Under the pieces are notes generated by a model. The model did no database searches, was not told where the DNA came from, and saw nothing but the letters and a program-made list of their open reading frames with translations. A stretch of DNA of 64,000 bases from positions 93,920 to 157,919 of the forward strand of contig JBMOOS010000042.1 in NCBI GenBank assembly GCA_049324415.1, written 5' to 3'. This document shows, in pieces, positions 40,996-49,134 of this stretch. Source of the DNA: Pseudomonadota bacterium (GTDB lineage Bacteria; Pseudomonadota; Alphaproteobacteria; Sphingomonadales; CAKZYD01). Both the position numbers and the translations under genes were made by a program. The number at the start of each line of letters is the position of its first letter. Position 1 is the first letter of the stretch.

Positions 40996-41015
40996 TGATA
41001 ATCACTCTCATTCTT
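40996..41015. promoter_or_regulatory. putative iron-responsive operator (Fur-box-like / TGA-N9-TCA)
   Basis: GATAATCACTCTCATTCTT matches 13-14 of 19 positions of GATAATGATAATCATTATC, depending on strand. It also reads TGA-N9-TCA. It lies 55-75 nt upstream of the cupredoxin-FTR1 operon in an AT-rich patch. Confidence 0.3.
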
Positions 41016-41061
41016 AATGTCAAAGATATTCGGTGGGGCCAGAATAATGGCGCCCTACCCT

Positions 41062-41946
41062 TCAATTGGCATGAGCGCGGGCGGCGATCGCCTGGCCGAG
41101 CGCGATGAGGCGCCGCGCTTCGGCGACGTGGAGGTTTTCCACCAGCCTGCCGTCGAGGACGGCGACCCCCTTGCCGGCGGCCTCGGCGGCCTCGAATGCG
41201 GCGATTTGCCGCCGCGCCAGTTCAAGGGCGGCGGGCGACGGCGCGAACACTTTGTTGGCCGCCTCGATCTGCTTGGGGTGGATGAGGGTCTTGCCGTCGA
41301 AACCTAGTTGCGCGCCCTGGAGGCAGGCCTCGTGAAAGCCGGTGGCGTCCTCAAGGTCGAGATGCACCCCGTCAAGGGCGGCAAGACCCGCCGCGCGGGC
41401 GGCAAGAAGGCACCAGGACAAGGCGGTCATCACCGGCAGGCGGTCGGCGCTGTGGCGGGCGCGCAGGTCCTTCACCAGGTCGGACGTGCCCATGACCAAG
41501 CAGGCAAGGCGGGGGTGCGCCTGGGCGATCTCCTCGGCCTTGAGCACCCCGCGCGGCGTCTCGATCATGCACCAGATGGCCATGGTAGCGCTTGCCCCTC
41601 CTTCGGCCATCGCTTCGCCAAGCGCGGCGACCATGGGCGCGTTTTCCACCTTGGGAAGAAGGATGGCGTCGGGTCCGGCGGCGCAAGCGGCGGCGACATC
41701 GGCCCGCCCCCAAGGGCTATCGAGGGGGTTGACGCGAACGATGACCTCGCGCGGGCCATAGCCGCCGGCGGCGACGGCGGCGCATACTTGCGCCCTCGCT
41801 TGCTGCTTGGCGTCGGGGGCGACGGCATCCTCAAGGTCGAGGATGAGGGCGTCCGCCGGCAGGTCTTTGGCTTTTTCAAGGGCGCGGGGGTTGGCTCCTG
41901 GCATGTAGAGCACCGAGCGGCGGGGGCGGGGTGGGGTCATGGACAA
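41062..41946 (-). CDS. HpcH/HpaI aldolase / citrate-lyase beta (CitE)-like CoA-ester lyase
   Basis: RRSVLYMPGANPRALEKAKDLPADALILDLEDAV... is the characteristic CitE-like N-terminus; 294 aa. Confidence 0.75.
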   Translation of the reverse strand: MSMTPPRPRRSVLYMPGANPRALEKAKDLPADALILDLEDAVAPDAKQQARAQVCAAVAAGGYGPREVIVRVNPLDSPWGRADVAAACAAGPDAILLPKVENAPMVAALGEAMAEGGASATMAIWCMIETPRGVLKAEEIAQAHPRLACLVMGTSDLVKDLRARHSADRLPVMTALSWCLLAARAAGLAALDGVHLDLEDATGFHEACLQGAQLGFDGKTLIHPKQIEAANKVFAPSPAALELARRQIAAFEAAEAAGKGVAVLDGRLVENLHVAEARRLIALGQAIAARAHAN

Positions 41947-42085
41947 TCCTTCCCATGGGCGACCTCATCAGCCCCTACACGGATTACCCGATGACGGCAA
42001 GCTGCCGCTCTCGCCGCCGCTATGGCAAACGTTGTTTGCCTGTCACGGCTGGGTTAGGCTGGCGGCGGTTGCGAGGGGCCATGTC

Positions 42086-43039
42086 TTGATCTGGGAATTC
42101 ATCGTCGGTCTTATCATCCTTACCCTGGGCTCCGAAGCGCTGTTGCGGGGCGCGGCCGGGGTCAAGCGGCGCTTCGGGGTGCCCGACTTCATCATCGGCC
42201 TTGTCATCGTCGGTTTCGGCACCTCCTTGCCCGAGCTGGTGATTGGCTTCGGCGCGGCCAGCGTCGGGGCCGAGGAATTGGCCCTTGGCATGGTGATGGG
42301 CTCCAATATCTTCAACCTTCTCGGGGTGCTTGGCCTTGCCGCTCTCATCGCTCCCCTTGCCACCGACGAACGGGCGTTGAAGCGCGATGGCCTGTTCATG
42401 GCCGCCGCCGCCCTAAGCTTGGCCGCGCTTTCCATGACCGGCCGCCTCGACCGCTGGGGCGGTCTTCTTCTGCTCGCCGGTTTGGCGGTTTACATCGCCA
42501 CGGTGTTCATCGATGAAAAACGCCTGCCCGTGGGGCGCGTCAGCCTCTACCGCGCCAAGGCCGATTTCGCCCGCCATGGCCCACGCGCGCCGTGGCTTGC
42601 CGGCCTTTTTCTTTTGGCCGGCGGCCTCCTGGTGACGCTGGGCGCCGGCTGGGTCATAGAAGCGACGGTGGGCCTTGCCTTCGACCTCGGGGTGGGCGAG
42701 GACGTGCTGGGCCTCACCCTCGTCGCCATCGCGACGTCCCTGCCGGAATTCCTCGTCAGCATCATCGCCGCCCAGCGCCGCCAATATGGCGTTGCCTGCG
42801 GCAGCATCCTTGGCTCCAATATCTTCAATATTTTCGGCGTCGGCGGGCTCATCGCGCTGGTTTTCCCCGCCGTCTTTCCCACCCGCCTGGCCGGACCCGA
42901 CATGGCGGTGCTGGTGGGCGTCAGCCTCATCATCCTCATCGCCCTTGCCACCGGCCGGCGTTTGAGCCGCGGCGAAGGCGGCCTTGCCCTTGCCGCTTAT
43001 GCCGTCTATGGGCTGTGGCGCACCGGTGCCTTTGTCTAG
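42086..43039 (+). CDS. CaCA-family calcium/sodium antiporter (YrbG-like), paralogue 1
   Basis: Alpha-repeat motifs GFGTSLPEL and AIATSLPEF with ~10 TM segments. The ORF is open from 41939, but I start at in-frame TTG 42086 to give ~318 aa, matching the paralogue. Start is uncertain. Confidence 0.8.
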   Translation: MIWEFIVGLIILTLGSEALLRGAAGVKRRFGVPDFIIGLVIVGFGTSLPELVIGFGAASVGAEELALGMVMGSNIFNLLGVLGLAALIAPLATDERALKRDGLFMAAAALSLAALSMTGRLDRWGGLLLLAGLAVYIATVFIDEKRLPVGRVSLYRAKADFARHGPRAPWLAGLFLLAGGLLVTLGAGWVIEATVGLAFDLGVGEDVLGLTLVAIATSLPEFLVSIIAAQRRQYGVACGSILGSNIFNIFGVGGLIALVFPAVFPTRLAGPDMAVLVGVSLIILIALATGRRLSRGEGGLALAAYAVYGLWRTGAFV

Positions 43040-43157
43040 TGGTGCGATTCCACCAGATGGTTCCCATCTATTGGAGAAATCGCACCACAGATTCAATAAC
43101 TTAAGTGGTCCACTTTTCCCAAACGGATGAATTTATCCGTTTGGGGCGGACCACTAG
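43036..43157 (+). repeat. structured palindromic intergenic repeat, copy 2 (full MITE-like unit with terminal inverted repeats)
   Basis: Ends CTAGTGGTGCG ... CGGACCACTAG are inverted repeats (8 perfect bp, 10 of 11). Internal hairpins GTGGTGCGATT/AATCGCACCAC and AGTGGTCC...GGACCACT. 43080..43157 match copy 1. Confidence 0.8.
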
Positions 43158-43276
43158 AACTGACAACCCCTCGTCATCGGTAAATGTGACGAGGCGATAA
43201 TCACGGACCGTGGGCTTGCGCCGGCGTCACGGCGCCGCCATATCAGCGCCGCTGCAACCGCCATGGGGGCATCGCT

Positions 43277-44224
43277 ATGGCATATGTGCAAATTCTCGCC
43301 GGCTTTATCCTGCTGTTGGGCGGCTCGACCATGCTGGTCTCCGGCGCGGTGGCGGTGGCCCAGCGCTTCAGGGTTTCCCCGATGGTGATCGGCCTCACGC
43401 TGGTCGGCTTTGGCACCTCGACTCCTGAATTGTCGGCGTCCTTGGGGGCGGCGCTCCTTGGCTCCAGCGGCATCGCGGTCGGCAATGTGGTCGGCTCCAA
43501 CATCGCCAATATCCTCCTCATCCTCGGTCTTGCCGCCTTGTTGCGGCCGATCCCGGTCGATGCCAAGGCGTTTCGCCGCGACGGCCTGGTGCTGCTGGCT
43601 GCCACCTTGCTGCTGATGGCGCTGGGCTGGCTGGGGATGGTCGAGCGCTGGCTAGGCCTTGCCATGGTGGCGGCGCTTGTCCTTTATACCGTCCATGCGA
43701 TACGGGCGGAGCGGCGCGCGGCGCGCAGCGACAGCGTCTATGTCCATGAAGCGGCGGTCGCCCCGCTGCCCCAGCGCAACCTCGCCCTTGCCGGCGCGGC
43801 GGCAGTCGCCGGGCTGGCCGCGCTCATCGGCGGCGCCGACCTCCTGGTGGAAGGCGCCGTCGTCCTGGCGCGCGCCTGGGGGGTCTCGGAAAGCGTCATT
43901 GGCCTGACCATCGTCGCCGTCGGCACCTCGTTGCCCGAGCTCGCCACCTCGATCGTTGCCGCCTGGCGGGGAGAGACCGATGTCGCCTTCGGCAATGTGG
44001 TGGGCTCCAACATCTACAACGCCCTCGGCATTCTCGGGGCCACCGCCCTGGTCCACCCCATCGCCTACCCCGCCGACATCGCCCAGCTTGATAATTGGCT
44101 GATGCTGGCGACGACTTTGCTGCTCCTTGTATTCGCCCGCTCCCGGCTCACCATTTCCCGCTGGGAGGGCGGCGTCTTCCTCGCCGCCTACCTCGTCTAT
44201 GTCGCGGCGATGGCGCTGCGCTGA
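43277..44224 (+). CDS. CaCA-family calcium/sodium antiporter (YrbG-like), paralogue 2
   Basis: GFGTSTPEL and AVGTSLPEL alpha-repeats; 315 aa. Confidence 0.85.
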   Translation: MAYVQILAGFILLLGGSTMLVSGAVAVAQRFRVSPMVIGLTLVGFGTSTPELSASLGAALLGSSGIAVGNVVGSNIANILLILGLAALLRPIPVDAKAFRRDGLVLLAATLLLMALGWLGMVERWLGLAMVAALVLYTVHAIRAERRAARSDSVYVHEAAVAPLPQRNLALAGAAAVAGLAALIGGADLLVEGAVVLARAWGVSESVIGLTIVAVGTSLPELATSIVAAWRGETDVAFGNVVGSNIYNALGILGATALVHPIAYPADIAQLDNWLMLATTLLLLVFARSRLTISRWEGGVFLAAYLVYVAAMALR

Positions 44225-44242
44225 AGAGTACCTGGTCCACGG

Positions 44243-44917
44243 CTACAGAAGCCGGCTTTCCTCTGCCCGCTCGGGTATGAGCCGCTGGGAATGGTTGGCG
44301 TAGGTCGCCCAGGACGGATAATAGCTTTCGCTCTGGTCGCCCCAGGCCATCCAATTTCGGCGCTGGCCTCGTGCGAACAGTTCTAGATAAGGCCCCGGAC
44401 TGCACGCCTCGATAATGCCGTAAAGCTCGTCTGGTTTGCGCGAATGCTCGCGTTTTCGTGATTTGATGATGTTGACCTGCCGGCGCCCAGGGGCAAGTGT
44501 GCGTGCGCTCTTCCCCCGCACGCCGAACAGCACCAACTCGGTCGTGTTACGGAAATAGAAGCCAACGCCGCGTCCATCCGGTCCGCCGTCCTTACGGATC
44601 TTGTGCCAAACCAGGTTGGTCTTGTATTCAAACCCCCAGGCCCGCATGACCGTCAGACCTTCGACCAGCAAGGCGTTTGGCACCCATAAATAGAGATGCG
44701 CCACGGGTGCGAGAAAAGACTTGACCGGAAGCCCAGCGATCTCGGGAAGTGTCATGGTCACATAGCGGTTGAGGCGCTTATGTTCCGGGGCCATCTTGCC
44801 GGTACGGTTCTGGAACTGCCACGGTGGATCGGCCAGCACCGTAGCAAATCTACACCCGCGCAGCGCGTCGGTCAGATTAGCTGAAGACATTGAGTTTTCC
44901 GCGCCGCTCATACTCAT
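44243..44917 (-). CDS. MT-A70-family DNA methyltransferase (type II R-M, beta-class)
   Basis: VLADPPWQF (DPPW) near the N-terminus and LELFARGQRRNWMAWGDQ near the C-terminus. ATG 44917 overlaps the endonuclease stop (ATGA). GC ~57% in a hand-counted 60-nt stretch. Confidence 0.8.
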   Translation of the reverse strand: MSMSGAENSMSSANLTDALRGCRFATVLADPPWQFQNRTGKMAPEHKRLNRYVTMTLPEIAGLPVKSFLAPVAHLYLWVPNALLVEGLTVMRAWGFEYKTNLVWHKIRKDGGPDGRGVGFYFRNTTELVLFGVRGKSARTLAPGRRQVNIIKSRKREHSRKPDELYGIIEACSPGPYLELFARGQRRNWMAWGDQSESYYPSWATYANHSQRLIPERAEESRLL

Positions 44918-45501
44918 TCCTCTACGAGAAGCCTTTTGGTTATCCCGAACACTAGCAGTGGACACCCCGCCCCGCCACCGCCTTCTATACGCGGCAAAAG
45001 TTTCGACATGTGCGTGGTCGAATTGCCATAGGACTTGCCGCGCCCCAGGCTGTTGAACGTTTCCTGCAACTCGTCGCTCCGCGTCACGATGATGCCGACC
45101 GACACCGCACGCAGATCAAACAGCAGCCGGAAATTATTAAGGTCCCGATCATAGAACGGATCCTTGTTGTTCCATTCGATCTCGAGAGCCACGCCGTTCT
45201 TGAAACAGTCAACCTTGTGTGTCGGCGACTTGAAATTCCGCTCGTCGACCTTGATCGAGGTCTCGAACTGGCGCTCCGTCCATCCGCGGGCGCACAAAAA
45301 GTCGTCGATCCATTTCGCGATCGGGGACTTGTTGCCACCGCCCGCCATGATCCATGCCATCGGGATCCGAAAGGTCTCTAGCATGGCGAGCACGTCCCGC
45401 CACTCGTTCGGAAAGTCGCCGTGCATGATCGTACAGGCATGCTTCCATTCGTACACTTCATAATTCTGCCGGATTTGCGGCGGGATTAGATCGGTCCCCA
45501 T
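44914..45501 (-). CDS. type II restriction endonuclease, BglII/BstYI-like fold
   Basis: HKVDCFKNGVALEIEWNNKDPFYDRDLNNF has the D-x8-E-x-E spacing and flanking pattern of the BglII catalytic core (D84-x8-E93-x-Q95), followed by VGIIVTRS. GC is 45-48% in two hand-counted stretches. The start may be 45546 or ATG 45501. Confidence 0.65.
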   Translation of the reverse strand: MGTDLIPPQIRQNYEVYEWKHACTIMHGDFPNEWRDVLAMLETFRIPMAWIMAGGGNKSPIAKWIDDFLCARGWTERQFETSIKVDERNFKSPTHKVDCFKNGVALEIEWNNKDPFYDRDLNNFRLLFDLRAVSVGIIVTRSDELQETFNSLGRGKSYGNSTTHMSKLLPRIEGGGGAGCPLLVFGITKRLLVEE

Positions 45502-45508
45502 CGGTATT

Positions 45509-47335
45509 TCACCAGCCGCACTGGCGGTTCTTGTTCTCATTTTCAAGCCAGGTCATCAGCGGCTGGAAATAGGCGATGATCGCCGCCCCGTCCATTTCCC
45601 GGCTGCCGGTGAAGGCCGCCAGCGCTTCCGGCCAGGGCTTGGACGCGCCCATTTCCAGCATGGCGTTGAATTTCTCGCCCACCGCCTTGTTGCCGTAGAT
45701 CGAGCAGCGGTGCAGCGGTCCTTCCCAGCCAGCGGCCTCGCACGCCGCCTTCTGGAACTGGAATTGCAGGATATGGGCAAGGAAATAGCGCATATAGGGG
45801 GTGTTGCCGGGGATATGGAATTTGGCGCCGGGGTCGAAATCGGCTTCCGAGCGCGCGACCGGCGGGGTAATGCCCTGATACTGGGTGCGCAAGGCCCACC
45901 AGGCGGCGTTGTAGTTTTCCGGCGTCACCTCGCCGGCAAACACCTGCCAGCGCCATTTGTCGACGAGAAGGCCAAAGGGCAGGAACGCCACCTTATCGAG
46001 GGCGCGGGCGAGGAGAAGGCCGATGTCGGCATCGGCGCTGGGCATCTTGTCGCGGCTGAGAAGGCCGATTTGGACGAGATATTCCGGGGTGATGGAAAGC
46101 GCCACCATGTCGCCGATGGCTTCGTGGAAGCCGTCATTGGCGCCGGTGAGGTAAAGCGGATCCTGGTTCTGATAGGCGCGCTGATAGAAATTATGCCCCA
46201 ATTCGTGATGGATGGTCTCGAAATCGTCGGCATTGACGAGGGTGCACATCTTGATCCGCACGTCGTTCTTGTTATCAAGGTCCCAGGCCGAGGCATGGCA
46301 GACCACTTCTCGATCGCGCGGCTTGGTGATGAGGGAGCGCTCCCAGAAGGTCTCGGGCAAGGGAGCAAAGCCAAGCGAGGTGAAAAAGCCCTCGCCGGTC
46401 TTCACCATTTTGACCGGGTCATAGCCGGCCTTGACCAGAAGCTCGGTAAGGTCATAGCCCGGCCCCGAGGTCTTGGGCGCCACCAGGGGATAGATGTTGC
46501 CCCACTGCTGGGCCCACATATTGCCGAGAAGATGCGCCGGGATGGGTCCGTCCTGGGGCACCAGGCGGGTGCCGTAATAATCGCCGAGCTTGGCGCGGGC
46601 ATAGCAATGGAGCTGGTCGTAAAGCGGCTTTACCTGCGCCCATAGTTTATCGGTCAAGGCAGCGAATTCGTCCGGGTCCATGTCGTAGTTGGAGCGCCAC
46701 ATCTGGCCCAAATCGGCATAGCCCAGCTCGCGCGCCCCTGCATTGGCGATTTCCACCATGCGGACATAGTCGGGCTTCATCGGCAGCGAAATCTCGCGCC
46801 AGGAGGTCCACATCTCCTCGAGCGCCGCCGGGTCGCGCTCGGTCCCCATCAGGGCTTCAAGCTCGTTGCCCGGCTTCACCTCGCCCTTGTAGCGGCCCTT
46901 GCCCTTGCCATAGGTGGACTGGAGCCTGGTGGCGATGTCGGAAAGCTCTTGCGCGGCGCCCGGCGTGTCCGGCGCCGGCAAGGTGATGCCAGCCTTCAGC
47001 ATCGCCATCTTGCGCGCCAGGTCCGGCGGCAGGTCAAGGTCCTGGTATTTCTTGGTCTCGTTGGCAAGCTTGACCGCCAGCTCGGTGAATTCGGCGCCGG
47101 AGCGCGACGCCAGCCAGTCGGTGTCCTCGGTGATGAAATTGGCGTTCACCCAGGCCACCCGGGCAGCATATTCCGACATGGCGTAAAGCTGGCTTTCGGC
47201 GTCCTTCATGAAGCCTTGCGCCTCGGCGAGCGTCGGAGCGGCATCGGCCACGCTTGCTTCGTCGCCCTTGCCGCACGCCGCCAGCCCGAGGGCGGCAATG
47301 AGGCCGAGCGCCGTCGTCGATTTGAAATGCGGCAT
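45509..47335 (-). CDS. M2-family zinc peptidyl-dipeptidase (angiotensin-converting-enzyme homologue), lipoprotein
   Basis: HHELGHNFY (HExxH) plus downstream HEAIGD glutamate ligand. Lipobox LGLAAC; 608 aa. Confidence 0.85.
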   Translation of the reverse strand: MPHFKSTTALGLIAALGLAACGKGDEASVADAAPTLAEAQGFMKDAESQLYAMSEYAARVAWVNANFITEDTDWLASRSGAEFTELAVKLANETKKYQDLDLPPDLARKMAMLKAGITLPAPDTPGAAQELSDIATRLQSTYGKGKGRYKGEVKPGNELEALMGTERDPAALEEMWTSWREISLPMKPDYVRMVEIANAGARELGYADLGQMWRSNYDMDPDEFAALTDKLWAQVKPLYDQLHCYARAKLGDYYGTRLVPQDGPIPAHLLGNMWAQQWGNIYPLVAPKTSGPGYDLTELLVKAGYDPVKMVKTGEGFFTSLGFAPLPETFWERSLITKPRDREVVCHASAWDLDNKNDVRIKMCTLVNADDFETIHHELGHNFYQRAYQNQDPLYLTGANDGFHEAIGDMVALSITPEYLVQIGLLSRDKMPSADADIGLLLARALDKVAFLPFGLLVDKWRWQVFAGEVTPENYNAAWWALRTQYQGITPPVARSEADFDPGAKFHIPGNTPYMRYFLAHILQFQFQKAACEAAGWEGPLHRCSIYGNKAVGEKFNAMLEMGASKPWPEALAAFTGSREMDGAAIIAYFQPLMTWLENENKNRQCGW

Positions 47336-47476
47336 TATCGTCTCCTCAAACTTATTGTTCCGTGGTTATTGCCATAGGGAGCTTAACCCCCAGCCGTGGC
47401 GGCGATGGAAGCCGCCAGCGCGCCGTCTGTCAACTGCCTTGCGGCGGATGCCGCATGAATTTACATCTGCTGCTCC

Positions 47477-49003
47477 ATGAAGCTCAGCGTCACCATAAGC
47501 GATGCCCTTCCCCCCCTTGCCTGGCTGGCGATGGCGGAACCGGGCCAAAATAGGGTCGCGCTTACCGCCGGGCGCGGGGTTGAGGTCGGCGATGGCTGGT
47601 GGTTCGAAGGGGTCTGGGCCGGTGATTTTGGTCAAGCCGGGTTCGGGCAAAGCGATGCCGTGTGCGGCTCGGGCGGGCGCATCGAGGGCAATATGGTGCG
47701 TTTCGTGCCGCCCACCCATAGCCTTGAAGCGCTTTACTGGACGGCGCGCCAAGGGCGATTTTGGGTCAGCAATTCCCTCGCCTTTCTTCTGGAGGCGCTG
47801 GGCGATGCGCCAGACCTTGCCTATGCCCGTTATAGTCCACTGTTCGACAGCATTGTTTATGGCCTTAAATGGTATCGGCCAACCATCCCGACCCAAAAAG
47901 GCGCGGTGCTCCGCCGCGTCCACGACCCGCTGGTGATGGGGCGAGAAGGGAGCGAGCGCCAGGCGCGCGCGCCGCTCGCGCCGCCCTTCGCCGCTTTCGC
48001 CCACTATCAGGCCTATCTTGAGGCCCGCGCCCATGCCTTGGTCGAAAATGGGCGCGCGCTTACCCGGAAAAGCGTCTTTTCGCCGCTCACCGCGATTTCC
48101 TCGGGCTATGATTCGCCGGCGGTGGCGCAGGTTGCGCGCAAGGCTGGCTGCACGCGGGCCTTTAGCTTCACCACGGCCCGCGAAAGCGTGGGCCGCGGCG
48201 CGCTCGATGATTCCGGCATCGCCATTGGCCGCGCCCTTGGCTATGAGGTCGCGGCGCTCGACCGGCAGCATTATCGCAGTGCGGCCATCGGCACGGGGGG
48301 CGAGTTCTTCGCCACCGGCATGCCAGGGGAGGAGTTGTTGTTTGCCCCCTTCGAAGAACTTTTCGCCGGGGCGTTGTTTTTCACGGGCTTTCATGGCGAT
48401 AAGGCCTGGGACAAAGCCAATGGCTCTTTCCATATTCCACTGCTGCGTGGGGATTCCAGCGGCTCGAGCTTTACCGAGTTCCGGCTGCGCGTCGGTTTCG
48501 CCCATTGCCCGCTGCCCTTTCTCGGCGCCCTGCGGCAGGCCGATTTGACCCGCATTTCCAACGCGCCAGAAATGCGGCCCTGGTCGGTGGGCGGCGCCTA
48601 TGACCGCCCGATTGCGCGCCGCCTCGCCGAGGAGGCCGGGGTGCCGCGGGCGCTGTTCGGGCAGGTCAAGAAGGCGGTCAGCACGCCGGTGCACGAAGGC
48701 CGGCAGATGAGCCCTGCTGGCGAGGCCGCCTATCGCCGCTTTCTTGCCTCCCACGGCCTTGATCCGCGGCGTCCCTCGCTCACCGCTCCGTTACGGGCGC
48801 TTGCCGATCAAGCCTGGCGCCGCGTCTTCTGGCGGCGCAAATGGATCTTGAAGCGCACCGGCCTCGATGTCCTGATGCTGGATCGGTTCATGCCGACGCC
48901 GCTCCTCAACCCCGGCAATCTTGCCGCCTTCCAGCCGTGGAAGCGCTATTTCTTCGCTTGGGGCTTTGCCGAGACAAGGGCCCGCTACGAGGCCGCGCGA
49001 TGA
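47477..49003 (+). CDS. hypothetical protein with degenerate PP-loop (asparagine-synthase-like ATP pyrophosphatase superfamily?)
   Basis: 508 aa. VFSPLTAISSGYDSPAVAQVARKAG resembles the SGGxDS PP-loop with following helix. Composition is far more protein-like than the antisense ORF. No SD sequence before the ATG. Confidence 0.6.
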   Translation: MKLSVTISDALPPLAWLAMAEPGQNRVALTAGRGVEVGDGWWFEGVWAGDFGQAGFGQSDAVCGSGGRIEGNMVRFVPPTHSLEALYWTARQGRFWVSNSLAFLLEALGDAPDLAYARYSPLFDSIVYGLKWYRPTIPTQKGAVLRRVHDPLVMGREGSERQARAPLAPPFAAFAHYQAYLEARAHALVENGRALTRKSVFSPLTAISSGYDSPAVAQVARKAGCTRAFSFTTARESVGRGALDDSGIAIGRALGYEVAALDRQHYRSAAIGTGGEFFATGMPGEELLFAPFEELFAGALFFTGFHGDKAWDKANGSFHIPLLRGDSSGSSFTEFRLRVGFAHCPLPFLGALRQADLTRISNAPEMRPWSVGGAYDRPIARRLAEEAGVPRALFGQVKKAVSTPVHEGRQMSPAGEAAYRRFLASHGLDPRRPSLTAPLRALADQAWRRVFWRRKWILKRTGLDVLMLDRFMPTPLLNPGNLAAFQPWKRYFFAWGFAETRARYEAAR

Positions 49004-49134
49004 AGGGCGGTGATTTTTTCAACGCCCCATGGCGAGGCCTCGCCACGGCGGCGCGCCGGCCAGGAAGGCAGCGATTGAGCACGAATGACCGCCAACGGTC
49101 AAAAGGCATGCCGCAGGCTTCTTATGCCGGACCC

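Noticed and set aside
41939-42085. Upstream 49 codons of the CaCA paralogue 1 ORF (MDNPSHGRPHQPLHGLPDDGK...).
   Set aside because: They overlap the divergent citE-like gene start region, are non-hydrophobic and are not matched in paralogue 2. This is probably not translated. The true start (TTG 42086 or nearby) remains uncertain.
33316-43035. The 9.8 kb between the two repeat copies might be a composite mobile element or island.
   Set aside because: It contains the core sdhCDAB operon and other native-composition genes, with no transposase or integrase. The copies are direct and one is truncated, which is more consistent with independent small-element insertions.
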